From contig CALSCP010001275.1 in assembly GCA_943704425.1 (NCBI GenBank), forward strand, positions 1 to 64,000: DNA of 64,000 nt. The letters run 5' to 3'. Positions 25,101 through 37,100 of the stretch are shown here, piece after piece. A program made the translations under genes and the position numbers. Origin of the DNA: Ministeria vibrans ATCC 50519. Taxonomy: Eukaryota > Protista > Filasterea. Under the pieces are notes generated by a model. It did not search any database. It was not told the DNA's origin and saw only the letters and a program-made list of their open reading frames with translations. Within the stretch, counting starts at the first letter, position 1, and every line of letters begins with the position of its first letter.

Positions 25101-28100
25101 GCGGCACCTTCTGCGCCTGATCTCGCTCAAACGCATCGAGTAACAAATTCAAGCGACGCGGTGAGGAAGCCAGCCGACGCACTTCATCATCCAACATGGT
25201 CCCGAGGCGTTCTTTGTCATCAAGCAGCATGGATACTTCGGCCAGATCTCGACGAATCCTTGAAATAATGTTGAACGGAATCAAAACCTTGCGCGATGCA
25301 CGTGCACTCAGTTGGCGTAGTTCGTCGCGCGCCTCCTCCAGAGCGCGCACGCGCTCACGGTGCTTCGATTCTAGTCGGTTCATAGCGGTGTTTCCGTGCG
25401 GTGCGTCACGCCCGTCATCACTCGACTCAGACGACACACCCTTTTTTAATGACGCCCTTGACACGCCAAGTTTGGTGACGGTACACCTCTCAAACTTGTC
25501 CGAGAGACCAACAATGGCACTCACAAAATCGTGGCGATCCATATCAAGGCCAAGCAAATCCTGTGCAACCAAACGCACACGTTCCGCCCAGGCAGCAAGC
25601 CAGTCGCGAGAGCGCAGCTGTAAGAGCACAAGGGGACTCTCTTTGGTGCCTTCACCCTCAAAGGTTTCGGTGAGCAGCTCGTGATGAAACCGACGCAGCA
25701 CCGACGTCGCCTTGAATGCAATGCGAAAGGTGTCACTGCCGGGCAGGATGGTCGGGAGAATGCACTTGAAATACTTGAGCAGAGTCACGTTGATGCGCTG
25801 CAGCTCATCACGTGCAGCGGTGTGCAAACGCAGCCAGTGCAACATCTGCTGGGCTTCGGTTTTGCCCTCAAGGTATTGCTCCAACTCAACGAGCACCGGC
25901 ATTCCAACGGCGCCATAGACTGCGCGGATTTCGTCAATGGACTGTTGAAGCTGAGCGAGTCCCATGCCATGCTCGGACGTTGGTTTGACGTTACGAACGC
26001 CATTGCTGCGCTCTGTCCGCAGCTCATTCACCATTCTCATGGGTACAAGAGCGCGAAGCTCCTGCAACTTGGTTGCCATACTTGCGCACAGCTGATCACT
26101 ACCAGGTGTCTCGGCCAAGAGATGGTTCACGTCCACGCTTGCCTTGAGCAACTTGGAAAGGGACAATGAGAGGTCAAACCGCTGGTGGATGTCCTGTTGC
26201 ACGTCAAGTGCGTCCGTGACACCTCGCTGGACAACCTTCTCAATAGCCTCCGTGTCAACGCTATCACCAGACTCCCCCGCAAGAAGTTGGAGCACTACTA
26301 GCGCATCCTCAGGGCACTTATCGTTGACCCCATGCTCACTCGGCTGTGGCACAAGCGTTGTTTGGTGGTACTCACACTTGAGTTCGTCACACATCTTTTG
26401 ACTCCATTCCTCACATTCCGCACTTGCACTCGGTGTGACAAAATGTGTCACATGAGGGATATCAGTGTCGTTTGAGCTGCCTTGCACAAGCAACAGTGAC
26501 AGCTGTGCGCCCTCTGCGGCTGCATAATCAAACAGCAGGACAGCATGCTGAGTTACATCTCCAGAATTGTGTGTGCTGCCGAGACGTTTGATAAATTTGG
26601 CCGGTCGATGAACCAGTGCATCGCACATGGCGATGTGAAGGCGTTGAGCACGTGGAATGCCCTGTGGTCGTCCAAAGAAAAAACCAACTGCCACCCACAG
26701 CAGTGCTGAACGGAAGGCATACTCGCGGTCCATCAGCAGAGAGGCCAGACGCACGCCTTGATCACCGACAAAGAGATCAAGGTTGCCCGTATCACCATTG
26801 GCTGCGGCAAGTCGTTCCAGGAGCACATCAAACAGCTCCACTTGAATTACACCACATTGGTGGCGCGCCCGCTTTGCCGCAGAGTCTTGCGTGACGTTCC
26901 GGAACTTGCTACGAAGAGCCTGCCACTGTTTGAGGAGCGCGTCGTGCTGCTCCTCCTTTTGTCTCTTTTCTGCTTGATGGCGCTCCTCTGCTTCAAGTGC
27001 CTCGTTCACGCTGCGCTGACAGTAGACTTCAAAGGCAGCATGCAGTTGGCGAACTTGATCAAGTTGTTCGGGTACACTGTCGTAGAGTGTAGTGTAGTCT
27101 TGCGAGCTGAGGTTGTCACTTTCAAGTCGGGAAATAACTTGCAACACCTTAGCCAGTCCCACATCAAAGGCTTTTGACTCATCGAGCGAACGCGACCGCG
27201 CGCTGACAAAAGCGTGTTGCCGTGCAATACTGGTAAGAGGAAGTCGAGCTCGAGCCTCATTGTGCTGTAGCACATCCACCTCGATTTCTCCAGAGACGAC
27301 CTCCTCGCCAGTGCCACTCGGTTTCGACAGTGGAAGACAACCAAACTGGTTGACGGCTTCTCCCAAGCGTTCCTTTTGCTGCTCGCACTCGGCTAAAAGC
27401 TCATCGTTGCGGTGCTTATCAACGCTGTCGTGGTACGAGCGACTAGGCACGCTATTCTCTAAGAGATCCTTCAGAATCGCCTCCATAGTGCCCAGTACAC
27501 CGTGGGTGGCCGAAGCAAACTCCTCAGCGGCAGCGACCGCACAAAGATGCTGCAAATTGTCGACAGTGGGCGCCATTCGTGCAGCGCCCTCATCCTCGAG
27601 GTATGCTGGGAAAGTGAGTTGTCGAGGCAGGGCCCAAAGCGTGTCCCACAGCAGTTGGCGCCACTCGAGATGGGCCGCGTACACGGAGAGTGCCTCAGTG
27701 ACGGCAGGCGCTGTTGACTGAGCCATGAGACTGCGCACAATCGAAGTGCGAGCATCCGCGCTGTCGAGCACGGGACTGCAGAGTCCACGAGAGAGAATGA
27801 AGATAAAGTAGCGTTGGTGGGCGGCCGACAGGGTGTTTTTCAGGAAGGCATGCGAGTCAAGCACGGACGGGTGGGCAAGCGAGTCTAGGTTTTCGCGCAC
27901 ACTACACGCAACGAGAACACAAGAGAGGGCATTGGAGATGCGTTGTACGGCGCCGTTCACCGCCTCACCGGCCGACGCGTCTCGCAGAGGTGCGTAGTCA
28001 AGGGCGGCCCGAAGTGCCTCACAAGACGCTTGCACCATGCTGACGTGAGCACGACGCTCAGCAGCGTCCATGAAGGAGGCATCACGTGCAAAGTTAAGAA

Positions 28101-31100
28101 GTGCTTTGTGTAGTACAGTGGTGGCATTGCAGGCATTCTTCACTCGGTCGTTCAGCTTCACCAAAGTGCGCAGTTCGGCTGGTGTACAACTGGGTTTGAG
28201 GTTGCCAAACACGCGCGACTCGTGTGCCAGATGGCGGAGAATGTCATCGGGATTGCCATTGGACGGCAGTGCATCGGCGGGCATCAGACCATGTAGGTTG
28301 AGCGAGAGCGTGTGAGCAAATGCGCAAGTGTGCTCCGGTGGCGATTTCACAAGCAGCGTGTACGCCAGTTCCAGACACATTTGCTCGACGGCAGTGGTCG
28401 CGGGACGCACGCTGTCCATCCAGGCTTTGTGCCACTCGGGTTCGCTGGCCTCGACCGGAGGCGGGTACACTCGCGCACTGCCACCTTCTTCAAGCCACGC
28501 CGCTCCATTGTCAAGAAACTTGGCAATGCTGGTGTACACAAGCCGTCGCTCCTCCGGCACTGAAAGAGCAGCAGTGTAGCTGTGAATGAGGGCAAGCACA
28601 GCAGCAGCTTCGGGACGTGCCGACTCCGAATGGATGAGGATCTTGGCTGTTTTGGCGGCACGCAGCAGAGCACGACCGGTCACAGTGAAGTTCTCCATGA
28701 GTGTGAGCTTGCGCTCGCTGATCAAAAACTTCACTGTGGCGTGCGTGCGCAACATGAGCGTCCCCAACGCCTCGCCACCGTAGAGCCCACCAAAGGCGGG
28801 ACGGAGAAGCTGCTGAAGATCGTGATTCTTCGCGGTGTTTGCGTCAGTAAGACCTGCATCAATGGGAAGCAAAGTGCAGCGAATCACACGATTAAGTAGG
28901 GCACCCGAGAGCTTTTGAGCGTTGAGTCGCTGCGAGTCGGACGTGCAGAACAGGCGAAAGTCGGGGTGGATGCCCTTGTTAGCGTGCGTGAGAACCTGGC
29001 CATCGGATTTCTCGTACAGGTTCAGAACAGGATTCGCCTCAAATAGTGAGTTGAGACGCTCGAGTACATCGGGGGGCGCCGCGGAGACGCCGTCAAGCAG
29101 TACCCATGACCCCTCGCGCACAGCACGCACAAACTCCGCTTCAACAAACTCAAAGACAATCTGCGCTTTTGTGTCGTCGTCGACGACGCCCTCGGCAAGG
29201 TTTGTTTCGACGCGCTGCTGCAGCTCACACAGGCGCCTGTGTCGGTGGCGAATGCGAGCAAGATGCGTCGCGGAAACGGTCAGCAAAACATTGTGTAAGC
29301 ACTTCAGCTCTGCTACTTGCCCCAGAGCATCCATGGCAGCCCCGAGGACCTCGATGGAGCGTTGTAGGACGGCAATCTCGTACTTGGTGCGATCGAGGGG
29401 CGAGCTGTCCTCGACGTCGCACTTGGTGCAAAGACTTTCGCGACAGTCTTGCAGCTCTTTCACCGCATCAAAAATGCGAGCGGCAGCGTCAAGAATGGCC
29501 ATACGAGGTCCTGCTTCAAGCGACGACGCAATGGAACAGACAAGAAACTCAAGGACCTCGTTGCCCAGCGAGTCCGCGTCGGACATTGAGTTTGCTGTCG
29601 AGAGGCGTGTATATGTCGGCAGCCACTGGCCAATAAGACCGCTTACATCACTCTCATTATTCAGTGGCAACACAATGACCTGGCGTGCAGCGAGACGCGC
29701 CAACTCGAGCACAAGAGCTGTCTTGGCCGAGGCGGTGGGTCCTTCCAGGAGCACGGGTCGGCGCGACTCGGAAGCGGCAGCGAGCAGCGCAAGAGATTCG
29801 ACTGTGTTGGGAGTCATCTCGAGGGGTTTAAGAAGCGCATTGGCAAACGTGTGTACACCACGACGGACAAAAATCGAGCCAATTTGCACAATGTCGTCGC
29901 TGAGGAGGACCTTGGCGCCGCTAGAGGGCATCAGCTTACGAAGCGAGTCGGCCATCGGGAGACGCTTGTTGACAATGGCCGTTGCCTTGCGCTGGTCATC
30001 TTCGCTCAGGAAGCCGCGCACGTAAATGAGCTCGGCAGCCGCATGAAGCGCAATACGGCGAACGTCGGCACTACCATTGCGCGAGGCGGCCCCCGATACA
30101 CCCGAAGACTCGGCAAAATGCTGGTAGTGCGACATTTGGTCGCGCGCGGTGTGTCTCATCAGGTCCTTGATTTTGCTAAGGTCGCGCAAATTGAACTCGT
30201 AGGGACCACCAACGCGCCCAATTTCTCGTTTTTCGACGGCCGCAACAATGTCCTTATGAAGCTCAAAGAGTGCGTCCAGGTCCTCGTCGTCAATGACGGG
30301 ACGCTGAGCACTCTCGTTGATGAATGCTCCAAACAGTTGCTTGACAATCAGCTTCATCTCCTCTTCGTTGTAGGCGCCCAATTGAATGCGAGCAAAAAGT
30401 GAGCGGATGGAGCGGGGCAGCTGGCCACGGCCGCCACCGGTCGATGATGGATTCATGGTGGCAAAGAGAGTAACACCCGTCGGAAGCTCAAGAGCACCAT
30501 AGCCCGGCAGCACGACGGTGCGCGAGGCACGCGCGCCACGGTCCAGAAGAGGTAGGATGCCATCCAGAACGTCGGGAGGCGCAAGATTGAGCTCGTCAAA
30601 GAGAACCCAGTGCCCTTGCTTCAGTGCCTTGACGAGCTTGCCGTCGCGCCAGCGGAACACACGAGAACCATCACTTGCGGTGACTGGCATGATACTGCCA
30701 ACGAGTTGGGACAAGGTGGTGCTGCCGCTAAAGTTGATACGCTCACAAGTGGCTCCAAAGAGTTTTGCTGTCTCCTCCACCACGCGAGTCTTACCAATGC
30801 CAGGCGGGCCCTCCAAGAGCAGGGGTGCATCGCCCAGGATAGCAATGCCAATGCGCGAGAGGTTGGCAATAAAGGTGGGTGTGGTGCAAACAGAGAGACG
30901 GGCATTGGCCAACTGCGTGGCGCGTGTGTCGACATCCCAGGCGCCCGCATGGTCGTCGGGAAGAATGGGATTCTGCGAGGAAAAGAGGGGGACCTGTTCC
31001 TCATCGAATCGTGAGTCGTACTTGTCGTTAGCGGCGGCGTCATCGTCACCGCCACCACCACCACCGCCGGGTATGGTAAAGTTATCTGGGAGTGTTGGGC

Positions 31101-34100
31101 GAACCACAATGCCCGAGTAATGGAGACGGAAAAAGCCGTTGCGGAGGACCTGAACAGGGTTGTTGAGGTCGTCGATAGAAGTGTCAGAACCAGCTTTAGG
31201 AGGTCTGAAGATGCGCAGGGAGGCAGGGGGTGGCGGTGTAGTCTCTTCATGCTCGTAGAGCTTTTTCCACCATTCGTCAATGACGCGCTCCTGCTCGTCA
31301 ATCGTGAACTCATCAAAGAAGAAGGACTTGAGTGCAATGAGCACACGATCAGCAAGCGGGACGTGTGGTGGGCAGGCGACGATGAAGTCGGCGGAGCGGA
31401 ACAGCTGATGAATGTCTGGGGAGCGACCAAGTGCAGGCTTCTGCGCACGGAGTGAGCGACGCAGACCGTTTGGGTCGAATAGTTGATGCAGTGACTCGTT
31501 GAGCTCTTCGGCGGGAGGTGTCGGGCGCAAACGACGGTTTAAATCGGCGCGGACAAGTTTCTTGACGTCTGGCTCGCCGTACTCGGTCGTAGAGATAACG
31601 GTGAAACGCGAGAGAGTCGCTGGACTCACTTTGATTGGCTGTGCGGCGGAGGCACGATGAATGGAGGCAAATACCTGAAAGCCAGGAAGAATATGCAAAC
31701 CTGTGGCGTCACTGGTGATGTTCTCGGTGACGTTCAGCGACGGATCTGGCTCGAGCAGAGAATTGAGGCGTTCCGTGACAGCCTGGCTTGGCGAGTCAAA
31801 GTCTTCAAGGAACAGCAACTGCGCCTTTTGTGCCGCAACCGTCACAGGTCCTGCGCGGAAGCGAAACGACGGTTGTGTCGCATCACGGCAGCTGCCAATC
31901 GCCTCGCGCGACCACTCAAGCTCCTCTAACAGGCTACAGAGCACAGCATCTTGGGGAAGCAGCTGTTGCAAGTTGCGCAAGTGGCTGCACACCTTGCTGA
32001 TGTACTGAACAAGCTCGTCGGTGGCCGGGATGGGCGTGGATTCATCGGCAGTGTCCTTTGCGTTCGGCAGCAAGGCGTCTTGGAAGAGTTGCGAAGTCAT
32101 GATAGACGGTCCATCTGACGCGTTGCTGTCGTTGTCGCCTTCCGAATCGTACAGCAACGAAGAGTGAGCAGCTTCAACCGACGACAAAGGCACTGCAGCT
32201 GCGTGGTTGTCGTCGTCGCTGTCTGACTCGTAGCGAGGAGGAGCAGGGGATAGGACAATCTTTTGGTCGTTGTCCGACTCGCAGTGGGTGGGGGCGGCGG
32301 CGGCGGAGGAATCGGCAGCGGGGGCAGTCACGTCTTGGTCGCTGTCTGATTCGTAGCGGGCAAACAGATCAGCGGAGGAATCGACAGCGGGGGTAGCCAC
32401 GTCTTCGTCGCTGTCTGAGTTGTAGCGGGCAGGGGGAGCAGTCATGGGATCAGTCGTGGAAGTAGGGAAAGAATTGACAGCAGATATAGCCACGTCTTCG
32501 TCGCTGTCTGATTCGTAGCGGGCAGGGGGAGCAGTCATGGGATCAGTCGTGGAAGTAGGGAAAGAATTGACAGCAGATGTAGCCACGTCTTCGTCGCTAT
32601 CCGAGTCGTAGCGAGCAGGGAGAGGCGTAGTCTGGGGTGGACTCTCTCGAGTGACGAACACGTTGACGTCGTCATCTTCGGATTCATCTTCATCGTCCGT
32701 GTCAATGATGTCAACCACCTTGGTGCCCACACGATTTTCCGGCAGCAAAAAGTCATCGGAGGCGCGCAGATCGTCCATGTTGATGCCACTGCCATAGTGA
32801 GCTTCGGGTACGATTGCGTCGACAAGAAGCGCCGCTGCGTCCATAGCAATGCTCTCCTCTTCCTGTTCTCGTTCCATGGCACGCATCCGCTCTTGTTTTT
32901 TCACGTCCTTTGCGCGCTGATCCATGGCATATAAGAAGGTAGTGGCCGTGGTCTCCAACAGACGTGTGCTCTCATTGGCATGTTGTCGAGCAATGGTAGT
33001 TGACTCGCTATTGAGCGCCCCTGTTGTGCGTTCGACCAATAGATGCACGCGGTCGCACGCGGCCGACGCAAGAGGGTGCACTCCCTTGACAATGTCACGG
33101 AAGGCAATTGGACGAATCTCGCCCACCAGGTCACTTGTCTCCGTGTCAGGCGTGAGAAAAAGCTTGACCAGTTGCTCCGAGGCACCGTAGAGCTCACAGA
33201 AGGCGCGAACCAATGTAGTCTTGAATGACGTAGGACCAATGATGAGAACAGGTTCACGAAAGTGCACCGCAAGACACAGCTGCGCCAGGGACTCGCGAAA
33301 GTTGGCAGGGAGATCGCCAAAGTGAGCCAGAAGCGTTGATTGACGCAGGCGCTCATTCACAGTGCCGGTGACGGGTAGGTGTGCATCGAGTTGAATGGAT
33401 TGGCTACTGAGACTGCAGTGCAGCGTTTCGTCGTCAAAAACCAACGAGTGTAGCGAGCCGTTTGAAAGAAGATGGTCAATAGTGTCCCAACCGTCGACCT
33501 TCTTAAACGCGTTCAATAGGCACTTGTAGCCCGACGAGTCGCGAGTGTAGCGACCCGACAGAAGCGCAAATCCAACAACATGCCAGGGGGCGTCGGTAAA
33601 AGCGGCCTTGCGACGAATCCACTTCATCAACTCGCGCATTGTAATCCGCTGGGGTGTGGCACGCAGGTTGTGGTACAGTTGAGCAAGACGATCGGCGTCC
33701 TCGTCGGCAATGCGGACGTTGACACGGGCGTCGTGTCGGCGTTGAATGATGTCCGCCAGCTCGTCACGAGGAAAGTCTGAAATTTGCACTTCAAGAAAGC
33801 GGTTGCGCAGCGCAATTGGCAAACGGTGGCGGTTGGCGTAAGACGCGTCGTTTTGGGTGGCAAAGAAGCGGAAGTTGGGGTGGACAAAGACCGTCTCGTT
33901 GGTAGTGGGCACAACAAGCGTGCGGTGACCCTCGAGCAGCGGAAAGAGGACGTTGAGGACGTCGGGCGGAGCCAGGTTGAGCTCGTCGGCCAAAAACCAG
34001 TGACCCTTCGAGAGGGCTGTCAACAATTTGCCTTCCTGGTAGATGAAGGAGCCGCCAACAGGCATCCACGATCCAAAGAGGTCCTGCATCGTGATCGTGT

Positions 34101-37100
34101 CGGTGAAGTTGACGCGCTCAAGGCACGTGCCGCGTTCCAAGGCGAGAGCCTCAATGAGCGACGTCTTGCCCACAGCAGCGGGACCTTCAAGTAGAACAGC
34201 TGCGCCACTCAGGACACAGGCAAAGACACTTTCGGCTTGGGCAAGACGCGACCTGGTAAGAATGTGCTGACCTTGCCCGAGCGAAGTGTCTGGCAGGAGG
34301 GTCACACCGTCGGGTGAGCCACCATCACGACCGGAGGAAGGGAAGCACTGGCCAATAGCGCGGTGTAGCTGCGTTGTCTCTTGGACCTGCGATGGCGTCT
34401 CAGTCTTCATTTGCGAGTAGAATACCGTGTTGAAGGCAGACCAGAGGCACGCAACAAAGGTGCTGTCTGTGTTTGTGGAGCAAAGACGTGCCGACGTGTC
34501 AATAAGGCGCACGTAGTTGCGCATCGTGATGCTCGCTCCAGCTTTAGCGTGCAAGTTGTCCGAGAAAAAGGCATGCAAGCACTTGATGACCTTTTCGAGC
34601 AGCGCTCGATCTTGAGCCGGTAAATCCTCCGGCATGAGAGTTGTCGCAATGTCCATGATCTCTTGGTGGAAGACATTTGCGTCGTTGGGGTCGCGAGAGC
34701 GTTGTGGAGCGCTCATAAAGATGCTCGTGAATCGATTTGCAAGCGCGGGAGACAGCTCGTGACCAGAGGAGCCTACACCTGCCATGGCCGAGGCGCTTTT
34801 GTCGATGGGTGTCATAGTGGCAAAAAAAGCGTATCCACGGGCCTCCTCAAGAGCCTGATCATCGCCACGCTCAATAAGACGCAGCATCGTTGGCTGTTCG
34901 AGCAGTGGGTTGAGACGCTCGATGACGGTGCCCTCGGCCTGTGACAGATTGTCTAGCAACAGCCACCGGCCGTCTTCGTAGGCGACGTGCACGGGCCCAC
35001 GCTGCCACTCAATCTTGGCGTGGTCCGAGCCGGCGGCCGGCGCGAGCTGTCCGATGAGCTGCGAAGGCTCTGTCTCGGGTGTGAGCGAGTAGTGCTGCAG
35101 ACCGGGTGAGAGAAGCCAAGCAAGAGCACGGACAAGGCAACTCTTGCCAGCACCCTCATCACCGACGATGAGCACAGGCTGGGGAGTGCGCAGTGCATGA
35201 ATCACCAGCTGACACACAGCACGGGCGGTCTGTGTAAACACAAACGGTGTGTCGGGTTGTTCCTTGTCCATGATGGCGCGCTGGAGAACGCGTGTGTCGC
35301 GGGGCAGGTCAAAAAACTTGCAAAAGATCTCCGCCACAGAGTTCTGGGCCGTTATGTGCCGGAATCGGGACGCATACAGCGAAGCACCAAGCTTTGCCAA
35401 CGGTAACGAGTTGGTCGAATCAGCGAGACATGCGGCGTGCGTTGCAGAGGAGGCCTCGTGCAGCCAACGCACCACCCACTCGTCTGTTGGCATGTAGAGA
35501 CCGTGGCGCTCCACAAAATTGTCCGTTGAGACCATCTCGATGACACCTGCGTGACACGAGCGAATCGATTCAAGCCAGTCGTCATTGTCGAGAAGCTTGC
35601 GCGCGACACCCTCGGTGTGGCTAATCTTGAAGTTCTTTGCTCCGTCGATGCGGTCGAGGACACACGTCTTGATTGGGCGTGCCGTTGGATCCATCTTCGG
35701 GTCGCCGACTGAGAAGGTGGTGCGTGTCAGCTGGAGCGGAATGTGCGTTCGCTTTTTCGTAGGGTGCAGGATGGGTTGGAGGAGTTGAGGCGCACTCCAC
35801 TTGAACGACTTGTGCCAGGCACTGCACAGGAGGAGACCAAGAGCGGAGCGACCCTCGCCACGGAATCGAGCCCCATAGATGGCCCAAGCCTGAGCGGCAA
35901 GTGTCTTGTGCAACAGCGGGTCATCAAGTATCTCTGGCGCGTTGTTGGCCGCCTCGACAACGTGCGCAGTCCACTTGAGCAGCTCACGAATAGACACATC
36001 GGCGTACGCGGCGCGCTCAACAAAGGGCTCGGTCTTGCTGCGCAGCTTGTTGGCAATGGCGGCGTGTAGGCGTTGCATGATGCGGGCGAGATGCAAAGCA
36101 CGCTCTTTGGGCAACTTGTCCGACTCAAGTTTGCTGGCAACGATGGAAGTCCACTCATCGGACTGAAAGAAAAGAAGAAGTAACGTATAAAAGAATACAA
36201 TTTCAAGGGAATAAGGAGTAATAATAATAATAATAAAATAAAATAATATAATACCGGTAGTTCCTCGAAGATGATGGGTGTGAAGCGATCGAGGAAGGAG
36301 CGTGAGAGAGGTTCGCGAGCGCCCTTGAAAAAGCCAGCGTTGGGGTTCTGTGCGGCAAAAAGACGGAAGTTGGGGTGCATCGTGACGGTCTTGAAAGGCT
36401 GCTGAGCGTCGGACGAATCGTAGTAGTTGAGATCGCCAGTGTCGAGGGCAGCCTCAATGCAGTGTAAAACGTCGTCGGGAGCAAGGTTGCACTCGTCGAG
36501 GAGGAGAAAGTCGCCGTTTTCAAAGGCAAGCGTAAAGTCACTCTTGCTAAACTGGAAGGTGGGACCGGAAGACGACGCGCTAGCCTTAAGCTCAAGACGG
36601 CCTATGAGGTCGTCGATGGTCATGCGAGAGCTCATATTGGTGCGGCGCATAGTCATGTTACGCTCGTCGGCGGCCGCCATGATGATTCGTGACTTGCCCA
36701 CACCGGTGGGGCCCTCGAGGAGAACGGGACCGCTCCGATCGACAGCGTCAAGAATCTTGTCGAGATTGTGACGCGTCGTTGGGGTGAGGACAAGACCCTT
36801 GTTGTCGACAGAGGGTGTCTGGGTGCTCGTGGACGTCGCGTTGAGATCATCTTTGGTGAGAATGTCAGAGAGGCACCGGCGAAGTAGGGGTCCCGCGTCG
36901 ATTTTCATGAGGGTGGCATGCTTCAAGACCGCCGCGAGGGCACGGAGGTCCTTTTCATTGACAGTATGGCGATGGCGACGCCTTGAGGCGTTGGTCGCGG
37001 ACGACGTGTGATCTGCATCGCTCAGAAACGTGTTGCTGCCACTGATGGAGGAGGAGGGGGATAAGGAAGGCCCACTGTCGAAAACGGACACTTCGACATC

